Assembly: GCA_965202985.1 (NCBI GenBank)
Contig: CBDBCF010000001.1
Coordinates: forward strand, 1,824,001 to 1,888,000
Source: Longimicrobiales bacterium
GTDB lineage: Bacteria > Gemmatimonadota > Gemmatimonadetes > Longimicrobiales > Gaopeijiaceae
Direction of reading: 5' to 3'
Length of the DNA stretch: 64,000 nt
The notes beneath the pieces are model-generated. The model was not told where the DNA came from. It did no database searches and worked only from the letters and a program-made list of their open reading frames with translations. This document shows positions 15,001-20,887 of this stretch, piece after piece. Position 1 is the first letter of the stretch; every line of letters starts with the position of its first letter. The position numbers and the translations under genes were made by a program.

Positions 15001-18000
15001 GCGGTGACGGTGACGGGCGCGCCGCAACTGGCGCTGACGGTGGGCGCGGTGGCGCGTCAAGCGAGCTACGCGGGCGGCAGCGGCACGGCGACGCTGTCGT
15101 TCGCGTACCGGGTGCGTGGCGCGGGCAGTGGCGGCAGCGGCGCGGGCGGCGTGGACGCGGACGCGGACGGCGTGGGCGTTGCGGCGGCTGCGCTGACGCT
15201 GAACGGCGGTACGATCGTGAACACGGCGGACGGCGTTCGTCCGGCGACGCTGGGGCTGGGCGGCCATGCGGTTGCGGCTGCGGCGAACGACAAGGTGGAC
15301 GGTACGGTCGAGGTCGCGCCGGTGGTGGTGGGCGTGGCGGTGACGAGCGAGCCGGTGGCGACGGGACTGTACGGCGCGGGCGGCGTGATCCGTGTCGAGG
15401 TGACGTTCAGCCGGCCGGTCGATGTGGCGGGCGCGTCGTCGTCGCCGGCGCTGGCGGCGTCGATGTCGGCTGCGACGGCTGCGAACACGGCTGCGGCGCG
15501 GCTGGCGATCGACGTGGGCGGGACGACGCGCCATGCGGTCTACGTGTCGGGCTCGGGCACTGCGGTGCTCGTGTTCGAGTATGTGGTCCGTCCAGCGGAC
15601 CGGGACCCGGACGGCATCAGCATCCCGGCGGACGCGCTGGCCGAGGCTGCGGGCGCGCTGCGGATCGCGGGCGGCCAGGTTGCGGCGGTTCTGGACCTGG
15701 GCGCGCACGCGGTGACGGACTTGACGGACCACGCGGTGAACGGCGCGGGCAGCCTGGACCCGGTGTTCGGTCGGTTGGAGTACGAGTTCGAGTTGGCGGA
15801 GAACGTTGCGGGCCCGCTGCCGGTGGGCGAGGTGGTCGCGGCGAGTCCGTTGGACGCGGAGGTGCGGTACGGGTTGGAGAGCGGAGGCGAGGGGCTGTTC
15901 GAGGTGGACGTGTCGAGCGGCGTGGTGACTTACGTTGGCGAAGGCGAGGACGCGGAGCAGCGTTCGGAGTACGTGATGCTGGTGGTGGCGGTGACGGGCG
16001 GCGTGGGCGAGGGCGAGCAGTTGGAGACTTTGGCGAAGGTGACGGTGAAGGTCGTGAACGAGAACGACGAGGCGCCGTCGTTCGTCGAGGAGCGTTGGGC
16101 GTTCGAGCTGGCGGAGGACGTTGCGGGTCCGTTGGTGCTGGGCGTGATGGAGGCTGTGGACTTGGACGAGGGCGACACGCTGACGTATGCGCTGGTGGCG
16201 GGCGATCGCGACCGGTTCGAGCTCGACGCTGGCACGGGCGAGTTGAGGTACGTGGGCGGAGGCGAGGACTACGAGGGTGGCGCGGGGCCGTGGGTGTTGG
16301 AGGCGACGGCGACGGACCTGGTGGGCCGTACGGCGCGGACGACGGCGACGGTGGTGGTCGCGAACGTGAACGAGGCGCCGGTGTTCGCGGACTCTGCATA
16401 TGCGTTCGAGTTGGCCGAGAACGCCGCGGGACCGTTGGTGCTGGGCGCGGTGCGGGCAACGGACCCGGACCGCGACGACCCGCCGACGTACAGCCTGGCC
16501 GACGGCGACGCCGAGCGGTTCGAGGTGGACGCTGTTACGGGCGAGTTGCGGTACGTGGGCGAAGGCGAGGACGCGGAGACGGGCCCGGAGAGCTGGGCGC
16601 TTGAGGTCCGTGCGACGGACCGCGGCGGCATCGCGGCGTCTGCGCGGGTGGTGGTGGCGCTGCTGGACCGCAACGAGGCGCCGGTGTTCGCTGCGGAGCG
16701 CTACGAGTGGGAGTTCGAGGAGAACGTCGCGGGACCGTTGGTTCTGGGCGCGGTCAAGGCTGCGGACCCGGACCGAGCGGATACGCTCGTGTACAGCCTG
16801 TCGGGCGAAGGCGCGGCGCTCTTCGAGGTGGACGCTGCGACGGGCGAGGTGCGGTACGCGGGCGCGGGCGAGGACTACGAGACGGGCCCGGAGCGCTGGG
16901 CGTTCGAGGTGGTGGCGACCGACGGCGAGGGGCTGGCGGCGCGCGCGGTTGCGACGGTCGCGCTGGTGGACGTGAACGAAGCGCCGTCGTTCGCGGACAG
17001 CGCATACGCTTTCGAGCTGGCGGAGAACGCTGCCGGACCGCTGATGCTGGGCGTGGTCGAAGCGACGGACCCGGACCGTGGCGACGCGCCTGCGTACAGC
17101 CTGGCCGAAGGCGACCGGGCGCGGTTCGAGGTGGACGCTCGGACGGGCGCGTTGCAGTACGTGGGGAGCGGCGAGGACTACGAGCAAGGTCCGCCGTCGT
17201 TCGCGCTGACGGTGCGGGCGACGGACGCGGGCGGTCTGGCGGCCGAGGCGGTCGCGACGGTGACGCTTCTGGACGTGAACGAGGGCCCGGAGACGGTGGG
17301 CGCGATGTCGCCGAAGACGCTCGAGGCGTACGGCGCCGCTGTGGAAGAGGAGTTGGGTCAGTACTTCCGGGACCCGGACGGCGACGCGCTGGCGTACGCG
17401 GTCGAGTCGTCGGCGCCGGCCGTGGCGGATGCGACGGTGACGGGCGCGGGACGGTTGTCGATCGCGCCGCAAGCGATCGGCGAGGCAGTGGTGACGGTAC
17501 GCGCGAGCGATCCGGGCGGGCTGTCGGCTCAGCAGCAGGTGCGTGTGACGGTGGAGGCGTCGCGGTCGGAGCGTGCGCGTGCGTTGGAGCTGACGCTGGC
17601 GGCGTTCGGCAGGTCGCTGGGCACGGAGACGGTGGAGGCGATCGGCGGGCGGTTGGGGCTGGGGTCGTCGGGCTCGCTGGGCCGGTCGCACGTGCAGCTC
17701 GGCGGCCGCTCGCTGGCCTGCGGTGCGCCGGGCGGCAGGTTGGGTGGTGCCGGCGGCGTCGCCGATGGTGCGAGCGCGCCGGCTGGCCGGACCGACACCG
17801 TCGGCGACGGTGCGAACGAAGCGCACGGTCAAGCCAACGACGGCAAGGGCGATGCCGGCGCACGCGGCTCGGTCCCGTGCGGGCTCGAGTCGCTGGTGCG
17901 GGGCGCGACGAGCCTGCTGGGGCTGCAGATTGCCGTTCCCGGCTCGGCCGACGCGGCGGGCGGGACCGTCGACTTGGCCGCGCTGCTGTTCGGCGACGGC

Positions 18001-19509
18001 CGGGACGGTGCGCTCGGCGGTCCGGGCGCGGAAGGCGCAGGCCAGCACGGCTTCGGCATGGGCAGCTCCTACCGAGGCCAGCAGGAGGCCGATGCCGAGC
18101 GCGCCGACCGGGGCAGCCTGACGTTCAATCCCGTTGACGGTCGCAGCCTGCGCTCGCAGAGCTCGTTCCAGCTGTCGCTCGGCGACGCGGACGCAGCCAC
18201 CGTCTCTTCGCAGGCGGTTGCTCGGTCGGGCTGGACGGTGTGGGGCCAGGCGAACCTGGGCGAGTTCGAGGGCCGTCCCGACGACGGCTTCGCCATGGAC
18301 GGCCGCACGCGCTCGGCCTACTTGGGGTTGGACTACCGGTTCGGCTCCGGGTTCCTCATGGGGCTGGCCGGCTCGCGCAGCGACATGTCGGCCGGCTTCA
18401 ACAGCGACATCAACGGCGCGGGCTCGGTCGACGCGCGCCTGACCAGCCTCTACCCCTACCTGCACTGGTCGTCCAGCAGCGGTTTCGGCGTGTGGGGCTT
18501 GGCGGGCGCAGGCCGCGGCGACGCCACCCTCGCCGAGACCGCTGGTGGCCGGTTCGACACGGACTTGGAGATGCGCATGGGCGCGCTGGGCGTGCGTCAG
18601 GAGCTCACGGGCGGCTTGGCGCTGAAGGCCGACGCCTTCGCTGTCCGCATCCTGTCCGACGACGTGGCGGACATGGCGGGCGTGACGGCGAACGCGCAGC
18701 GAGTGCGGCTGGCGCCCGAGATCGGCGGCCAGTGGTCGCTGGGCGGCGGCATGGCGGTGCGGACACGCATCGAAGTCGGCGGCCGGTTCGACGGTGGCGA
18801 CGCCGAGACGGGCATGGGCGCCGAAGCGGGCGCCGAACTCGGACTCGCGCACCAGGGCAGCGGGTTCAGCATGACCGCTCGTGGCCGGGCGCTGCTCGTC
18901 CACGAGGACCAGAACTTCCGCGACTGGGGCGCTGGGCTGTCTCTGCGAATGCAGCCGGGCGGAGGCGAGAGCGAGTCCGGGATGTCGTTCTCGCTGGAGC
19001 CGTCGTGGGGCAACGCCTCCGGTGGAGCACAGACCCTCTGGCAGGGCGCCGACGTGTGGCAAAACGCCGGCCTGCAAGGCGTCGGAGGTGCGGCGTCTCC
19101 GATCGCCAGCGCCGGCGGACTTGCCGCCAGCCAAGGCGAAGCGACCGACGGCGACTTGGCGGCCCAGACCGCATCGGCTACCGACGGCCTCCCGGCCACC
19201 CAACCCACGGCCGGCTGGACCCCCGACCGCCTCGCCATGGAAGTCGGCTACGGCGTCGCGCTCCGTGGCGGCGGCCAGGTCAAGCCGTTCGGCCGCTGGA
19301 GTCGCGAAGGCCCGGCCGGCTACCGCATCAACGTCGGAACCCGCTGGTCGCTGCTGGGCGGCGAGACCACCGCGCAACGCGCCCAGTCGCCCGAAACCCG
19401 GTCGCCCGGCCTGCGCCTGCTGATGGACCTCTTCGGCGAACACGCCGCCAACGGCGCCCAGCCTCCCGAACGCCGCATCGGCCTCCTGGGCAGGATCGTG
19501 TTCGAGTAA
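1..19509 (+). CDS. Giant repetitive surface adhesin/autotransporter (5'-truncated): Ig-like repeats, cadherin repeats, C-terminal beta-barrel
   Basis: Frame is open from base 1 (GTHAVSN...) to TAA at 19507-19509. It has 41 repeats of about 125 aa (YxxGExIEVxVTF...VTGxPxLxL...YASGTGT..LxFxY...DADADG...LNGGTI), cadherin motifs (ELAEN, ATDPD, DVNEAPxF) and an autotransporter-like barrel from about 18229 (GWTVWGQ...GLDY...LYPY). Confidence 0.9.
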   Translation, partial: GTHAVSNSSGHKVAGGTFTATAVSGVSITSSPAADSTYGLGEQIEVEVTFVRPVVVTGTPQVALGIGTDTVQADYASGTGTTTLTFRHAVAVGDADSDGIGVGASALTLNGGTIADARDGATAAGLGLSAHAIANAAAHKVDASRGAAGVTGVSIGAPVVGDTFERADTIAATVTFNKAVDVGGAPQLALTIGAVARQASYASGTGTASLVFRYVVVQADADADGLSIGSSALGLNGGTIRVAGETTDALLGLGSHAVSNSAGHKVAGGTLTGPSPSGVAIASTPSSDGTYGRTERIEVEVTFARPVVVTGTPQLALGIGSQTRQASYASGSGTKALAFRYTVQGTDRDSTGLSVGASALSLNGGTIADARDGATAAALGLGAHAVSNAAAHKVDGSLGTPGVIGVSFADDPYNSEYERGDAIDVRVLFSRAVDVTGAPELALGIGSQTRRAAYASGTGTDTLLFRYVVVQSDRDVDGISIGAGALTLNGGTIRASGTTLDAVLGLGSHAIANSSNHQVNGSLFTGLAVEDVVVRSAPASDSTYKLGERIELDVLFQRTVVVTGTPELALGIGSATRQASYASGSGTKQLRFRYAVQAADVDADGISLGASALALNGGTIVDARAGGSAAGLGTSASVFSNAAAHKVNGGVGAPSVSALSIGAPVVGDVFERGDTIVATVAFNAAVDVTGTPQLALAIGSATRQAGYASGTGTASLVFRYVVVQTDADADGLSVGASALALNGGTVRRTGTATDAVLGLGGHAVANSAGHKVAGGTFTASSVGGVAIASVPGSDSTYVRTERIEVEVTFARPVTVTGTPRLALAIGSQTRQAAYASGSGTKTLTFRYAVQAADSDSDGIGVGASALALNGGAIADARDGATAAALGLGSHAIANAAAHKVNGARGPPGVSGLSIGSPVVGDTFERGDTIAATVTFDVSVDVTGTPRLALAIGTQTRQASYASGTGTASLVFRYVVAQADADADGLSIAASALGLNGGTIDVAGGTTDALLGLGSHAVSNSAGHKVAGGTFTAASVSGVTIASEPASDSTYAETEEIAVEVSFSRRVTVTGTPQLALAIDTLTRQADYAGGTGTATLTFAYQVAAADVDSTGLSIAASALGLNGGTIADARDGTTAASLGLGSNAVSDAAAHKVDGSLPPPVTRATGAPEATGLAIGAPAVGDVFERGETIEVELAFHRAVEVTGTPRLALTIGAATRQASYAAGTGTDTLVFRYVVAAGDADADGIGIAASALALNGGTIRASGEALDALLDLGAFAVANSAGHKVAGGTFTTPAVSGVTISSAPASDSTYQLGERIEVKVAFGRPVAVTGAPELALAIGAQTRQASWASASSTADTLVFGYAVRPADADADGIGIAASALALNGGTIADVRAGATAASLGLGSNAIVNAAAHKVDGSLGPPGATHLSVTAPLSAQTFERGDTIFASVRFNKAVDVTGTPELALAIGSATRQASYASGTGATELEFRYVVVQSDADADGLSIAANALTLNGGTIDVAGGTTDALLSLEHVAISNAAGFRVAGGTFTAPAVTWAGISSSPSDGSTYELGEQIGVTVTFNRNVTVTGAPELALAIGAQTRQAAYVAAASGNRELEFRYAVAAGDADADGISVGASALTLNGGTIVDPRDGTTAANLGLGASAIANSAGHAVDGSRGPPGASGVSIAAPPTGDTFERGDTIAATVVFNKAVDATGTPELALTIGAQTRQASYASGTGTMSLVFRYVVATADADADGLSIAAGALALNGGTIDVAGGTTDAVLGLGRHAIANSAGHKVSGSTFTASAVSGVTISSSPSSGDTYGLGERIEVEVAFVRAVGATGTPRLALGVGADTVHADYASGTGTKTLTFRYAVAASDADSDGISIGASALALNGGTIVDARDGATAASLGLGSNAIANAAAHKVDGAQGPAGVIALTIASPVVGDTFERGDTVVATVTFNKAVDATGAPQLALTIGTQTRQAAYARGTGTASLVFQYVVATADADADGISIAAGALSLNGGTIDVAGGTTDALLGLGAHAVTNSAGHKVAGGTFTAAAASGVAIASAPASDSTYGRTERIEVEVTFDRNVTVTGAPQLALTVGTQTRQAAYASGTGTKTLAFRYTVQAADSDSTGIGIAASALALNGGAIADARDGATAATLGLGSNAISNAAAHKVDGSRGPPGVTALSIGSPTVGDTFERGETIEVALAFNRAVDVTGAPRLALGIGSATRQASYAAGTGTDTLTFRYVVAAGDADADGISIGAGALALSGGTIKVAGGTLDATLGLGAGVAVSNSGSHKVAGGTFTTPAVSAVTISSTPASGQTYQLGEQIEVKVAFGRPVAVTGSPRLALTIGTTTRQAGYVAASSKADTLAFGYAVRPADADADGLSIAASALALNGGSIADARPGAVAAALGLGSHAVSNAASHKVNGSLGPPGVVGLTVAAPVVGTTFERGDTIVATVTFNKAVDATGAPQLALAIGNATRQANYASGTGTTALVFRYVVAAADADADGLSIGASALALNGGTIDVAGGTTDALLSLEHHALGNDGARRVAGGTFTAASASGVAISSSPASDSTYGRTERIEVEVTFDRNVAVTGAPQLALAIGSQTRQAAYASGSGTTTLTFGYAVAAADADANGIGIGASALALNGGTIVDARDASEAAGLGLGSNAIANAAAHKVDGNRGPPGVTGLTVASPPTGDTFERGDAIEATVTFNRAVDVGGTPQLGLGIGSQTRQASYASGSGTTSLVFRYTVVQADADADGISIGTSALGLNSGTIRLSGGTLDATLGLGTHAISNSTGHKVAGGTFTAAAVSGVAITSSPSSGVAYGLGEEIEVEVSFVRAVNATGTPQLALTVGTRTRQADYASGTGTKTLTFGYMVVAADADSDGIGIAASALALNGGTIADARDGSTAASLGLGSSAIANAAAHKVDGAQGPPGVTGLTISSPQVGDTFERGETIEVKVVFNKAVAVTGTPQLALGIGSATKQASYAAGTGTDTLVFRYVVVAADADADGISIAAGALALNGGTIDVSGGTTDAVLGLGASAVANSTGHKVAGGTFTASAASGVAITSTPPSDSTYGRTERIEVEVSFTRPVTVTGAPRLALTIGMQTRQAAYASGSGTTTLAFGYTVQAADADSDGLSVGASALALNGGTIADARDGTTAASLGLGSNAISNAAAHKVDGSRGPPGVTALSIGSPTVGDTFERGETIEVALVFNRSVDVTGTPRLALVIGSATRQASWASGSGTDTLVFRYVVASGDADSDGIGIGASALALNGGTIRVAGGTLDATLGLGTSAVTNSGGHKVAGGTFTTPAPSGVTVSSTPASASTYQLGESIEVKVAFGRPVTVTGSPRLALTIGTQTRQASYDASSSKADTLVFGYAVRPADADADGLSIAASALTLNGGTIADVRPGAAAAALDLGSNAVTNAASHKVNGSLGPPGVVGLTVAAPPVGATFERGDTVAATVTFNKAVDVTGTPQLALGIGSTTRQAAYASGTGTTALVFRYVVVQADADADGLSIGASALALNGGTIDVAGGTTDALLSLAHHAIGNAGGRRVAGGTFTAAAASGVAITSSPASDSTYGRTEQIEVEVTFDRRVAVTGTPQLALGIGSQTRQAAYASGSGTTTLTFGYAVAAADADANGISIGASALALNGGTISDARDASEAAGLGLGSNAIANAAAHKVDGNQGPPGVTGLVVASPPVGDTFERGDVIAATATFNRAVDVTGTPQLALGIGTQTRQASYASGSGTTALVFRYTVVQADADADGISIGTSALGLNSGTIRLSGGTLDATLGLGTHAISNSTGHKVAGGTFTAASVSGVTITSSPSSGDTYGLGEEIEVEATFVRPVNVTGAPQLALTVGAATRQAEYASGGGTKTLTFGYEVVAGDADANGIGIGASALALNSGTIADARDGSTAASLGLGSNTVSNAAAHKVDGSLGPPGVTGLSIGAPQVGDTFERGETIEVEVVFNKSVAVTGTPQLQLRFSSGSKQADYASGTGTDTLVFRYVVAAADADADGLGIGASDLRLNGGTIRRSGAATDAVLGLGSHAVIRSTGHKVAGGTFTAAAASGVAITSAPSSDSTYGRTEVIEVEVGFTRPVTVTGVPQLALTIGSQTRQASYASGSGTTALTFQYTVQASDADSTGIGIAASALALNGGTIADARGGTTAAGLGLGSNAISNAAAHKVDGSRGPPGVTSLTIGSPTVGDVFERGETIEVELVFNRAVDVTGAPRLALTIGSATRQAIYASGSGTDTLVFRYVVAAGDADSDGIGIAASALALSGGTIKVAGGTLDATLGLGTSAVTNSAGHKVAGGTFTTPAVSAVTISSAPASASTYQLGESIEVKVAFNRPVAVTGAPRLALTIGTTTRQAGYDAASSKADTLVFGYAIRPADADADGIGIGASALALNSGTIADVRPGAAAAALDLSANAVTNAASHKVNGSLGPPGVVGLTVAAPLVGDTFERGDTVVATVTFNKAVDVTGTPQLALAIGSTTRQAAYASGTGTTALVFRYVVVQADADADGLSVGASALALNGGTIDVAGGTTDALLSLEHYAISNDGARRVAGGTFTASSVSAVSITSSPAGGSTYGLSEEIGVDVTFNRNVAVTGAPELALTIGSQTRQASYVSTTGGRVLSFSYTVVAGDADGNGLSIGASALGLNGGTIVDARDGATAASLGLGGHAISNAGGHRVDGAQGPPGVSGVSIASPPIGDTFERGDTVVATVVFNKAVDVTGTPQLALTIGSTTKQAGYASGTGTASLVFRYVVVTADADADGISIGATALALNGGTIDVAGGTVDAVLGLGAHTVTNSAGHKVAGGTFTAASVSGVALTSSPAVATTYGRDEQIEVQVTFNRRVAVTGTPRVALTVGAQTRQADYASGTGTRALTFRYTVVAADADTDGIEVGASALALNSGAIADARDGSTAAALGLGSHALSVAAGHKVDGTLAGASVTGVAVSSAPESGDTYGLGERIEVEVTFDRAVTVTGAPQLALTVGAVARQASYAGGSGTATLSFAYRVRGAGSGGSGAGGVDADADGVGVAAAALTLNGGTIVNTADGVRPATLGLGGHAVAAAANDKVDGTVEVAPVVVGVAVTSEPVATGLYGAGGVIRVEVTFSRPVDVAGASSSPALAASMSAATAANTAAARLAIDVGGTTRHAVYVSGSGTAVLVFEYVVRPADRDPDGISIPADALAEAAGALRIAGGQVAAVLDLGAHAVTDLTDHAVNGAGSLDPVFGRLEYEFELAENVAGPLPVGEVVAASPLDAEVRYGLESGGEGLFEVDVSSGVVTYVGEGEDAEQRSEYVMLVVAVTGGVGEGEQLETLAKVTVKVVNENDEAPSFVEERWAFELAEDVAGPLVLGVMEAVDLDEGDTLTYALVAGDRDRFELDAGTGELRYVGGGEDYEGGAGPWVLEATATDLVGRTARTTATVVVANVNEAPVFADSAYAFELAENAAGPLVLGAVRATDPDRDDPPTYSLADGDAERFEVDAVTGELRYVGEGEDAETGPESWALEVRATDRGGIAASARVVVALLDRNEAPVFAAERYEWEFEENVAGPLVLGAVKAADPDRADTLVYSLSGEGAALFEVDAATGEVRYAGAGEDYETGPERWAFEVVATDGEGLAARAVATVALVDVNEAPSFADSAYAFELAENAAGPLMLGVVEATDPDRGDAPAYSLAEGDRARFEVDARTGALQYVGSGEDYEQGPPSFALTVRATDAGGLAAEAVATVTLLDVNEGPETVGAMSPKTLEAYGAAVEEELGQYFRDPDGDALAYAVESSAPAVADATVTGAGRLSIAPQAIGEAVVTVRASDPGGLSAQQQVRVTVEASRSERARALELTLAAFGRSLGTETVEAIGGRLGLGSSGSLGRSHVQLGGRSLACGAPGGRLGGAGGVADGASAPAGRTDTVGDGANEAHGQANDGKGDAGARGSVPCGLESLVRGATSLLGLQIAVPGSADAAGGTVDLAALLFGDGRDGALGGPGAEGAGQHGFGMGSSYRGQQEADAERADRGSLTFNPVDGRSLRSQSSFQLSLGDADAATVSSQAVARSGWTVWGQANLGEFEGRPDDGFAMDGRTRSAYLGLDYRFGSGFLMGLAGSRSDMSAGFNSDINGAGSVDARLTSLYPYLHWSSSSGFGVWGLAGAGRGDATLAETAGGRFDTDLEMRMGALGVRQELTGGLALKADAFAVRILSDDVADMAGVTANAQRVRLAPEIGGQWSLGGGMAVRTRIEVGGRFDGGDAETGMGAEAGAELGLAHQGSGFSMTARGRALLVHEDQNFRDWGAGLSLRMQPGGGESESGMSFSLEPSWGNASGGAQTLWQGADVWQNAGLQGVGGAASPIASAGGLAASQGEATDGDLAAQTASATDGLPATQPTAGWTPDRLAMEVGYGVALRGGGQVKPFGRWSREGPAGYRINVGTRWSLLGGETTAQRAQSPETRSPGLRLLMDLFGEHAANGAQPPERRIGLLGRIVFE
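55..15750 (+). repeat. Tandem Ig-like domain array: 22 A-type and 19 B-type units of about 380 bp, with an 8-unit super-period of about 3.04 kb
   Basis: A units (STY/DTY-xxxE-xIEV) alternate with B units (TFERGD/E). The marker acgttcacgacgccg recurs at 3868, 6913, 9952 and 12991. Confidence 0.9.
15760..17283 (+). repeat. Five cadherin-like repeats of about 300 bp within the adhesin
   Basis: The unit PxF....Y/WxFELAExxAGPLxxG.V.A.DxD...LxY.L..G....FEVD..TG...Y.G.GED.E...V.xxNEA occurs five times. Confidence 0.85.
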
Positions 19510-19513
19510 GCCG

Positions 19514-19906
19514 CTACGCCGTGCTCTGCAGCACCCCGCGCCCGATGGCCATGATCCCCGCCGCCATGAGCAGCAGGGCCACGAGCGCCCCAACCAGGTG
19601 CGGCCCGTACATCTTGGCCTCGGGCGGGCGCCGCTTGACCACGGTATGCGTGACCTGGGCCACGGCCCCGGCGCCCAGCATCAAGAAGATGTGGCCCACG
19701 AGCATCGTCTGGAACGGGCGCGTGAACAGCACGGCCACGCCCAGGAACACCTGCAAATGGATCAGCCCGGCGAAGACCGCGGCCAAGCGAGCCATCGCGG
19801 GGGCGTACTCCCGCTTCCCGAGAAGCCCCACGGCGGCGTACACGATCACGAAGAGCCCGCCGACCAGGATCAGGTAGCGGAGACCGGAGTGAGCGGCGAA
19901 GAGCAT
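19514..19906 (-). CDS. Small 4-TM membrane protein (cytochrome b-like His pattern)
   Basis: 130 aa, hydrophobic; motifs HSGLRYL, HLQVFLG, GHIFLML. Confidence 0.7.
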   Translation of the reverse strand: MLFAAHSGLRYLILVGGLFVIVYAAVGLLGKREYAPAMARLAAVFAGLIHLQVFLGVAVLFTRPFQTMLVGHIFLMLGAGAVAQVTHTVVKRRPPEAKMYGPHLVGALVALLLMAAGIMAIGRGVLQSTA

Positions 19907-20207
19907 GGCGGACCTCGGGAGGGAGCGGGGGGCCGATCAAGCGTGCGAAGCCCCTAACGATACCGAGATCGGGCGCACTCGTACCCGGGTGCCGTCCGCG
20001 CCCGAAACCCAGCACGCTGTCCGCGGACGCGAGCGGTGGAACACGAGGCGCACATTCCTTGCGCTCCTGCTGGGCGCGGCTGTATCGTGCTTCCCGTTCC
20101 GGCGCGAGCGCGCCCGGTCCCTCCCCCAATGGCGAGTCGATGAGGATGCCCTGGATCGCACGTTGCGCCGCGACGCTGGGAGCCGTTTCCGACTCCGGGT
20201 TCCAGAC

Positions 20208-20690
20208 ATGCGAGCGCACGGGCGACTGATCCTCTTCAGGCCGTGTCGGGCGGCTCGGATCGCCCTCGTGGCGGCGTGCGCCGGATGCGCCACGTACCGC
20301 CCCGTAACCGTGGACGACCTGTCGCCCCAGCAGCGCGTCCGGATCCAGGTCGAGCCCGACGTGCTGGCCGACTTGGTGGCCTTCGCCGAGGGCGCGGAGG
20401 GTCACCTGGGCGGCCGGTTCATGGAGGTACGCGGCGACTCGGTGGCGTTTCGGTTCGAGACGCCGTCCAGCTACCGGGAGGTCGTGCTGCCGCGGAGCGC
20501 CGTCCTGAGCGTCGCGGGACGAGAGTCCAGCCCGATTCGGAGCGTGGCGCTGTCGGCGGCGATCGTGGGCGGCGTGGGTGTCGCGGCTTGGCTTGGCTTC
20601 GAAGGTCGGGCTTCCGGCGACGACGGCGACGACGCCGATACGGACGCCCTGGTTCCCGTCTTCCTCTTCACGATCCCGGCAGGCCGCTGA
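20208..20690 (+). CDS. Hypothetical lipoprotein with C-terminal TM helix
   Basis: ATG at 20208; lipobox-like IALVAACAGC; hydrophobic C-terminal segment. Confidence 0.6.
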   Translation: MRAHGRLILFRPCRAARIALVAACAGCATYRPVTVDDLSPQQRVRIQVEPDVLADLVAFAEGAEGHLGGRFMEVRGDSVAFRFETPSSYREVVLPRSAVLSVAGRESSPIRSVALSAAIVGGVGVAAWLGFEGRASGDDGDDADTDALVPVFLFTIPAGR

Positions 20691-20791
20691 AGGAGAGCAG
20701 CCCGAGCCCCCGGCGCCGGTACGATTTGACGGGACTTCCCCTCTCCGCATACTTTACGCTCGCCGGCGAGCGACCAAGCCGGCCAGACGGA

Positions 20792-20811
20792 GCTAGGCTA
20801 GGCTAGGCTAG
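20792..20811. repeat. (GCTAG)4 simple sequence repeat upstream of susC
   Basis: agctaggctaggctaggctaggctgg read directly from the sequence. Confidence 0.85.
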
Positions 20812-20887
20812 GCTGGCCAGAGCGCTAGCCAGCCGAAAAAGGGGCCGGCCGGCCCCAAGTCAATCTCACCCTAGACAGGGAGACAAG

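Noticed and set aside
55..15750. Regular repeats as a CRISPR array
   Set aside because: Units are about 380 bp, in-frame coding and degenerate; there are no unique spacers or cas genes.
250..19593. Huge antisense ORFs (4370 aa and 2022 aa) opposite the adhesin
   Set aside because: Arg/His-rich shadows produced by the high-GC codon bias and repeats of the real gene; no domain motifs.
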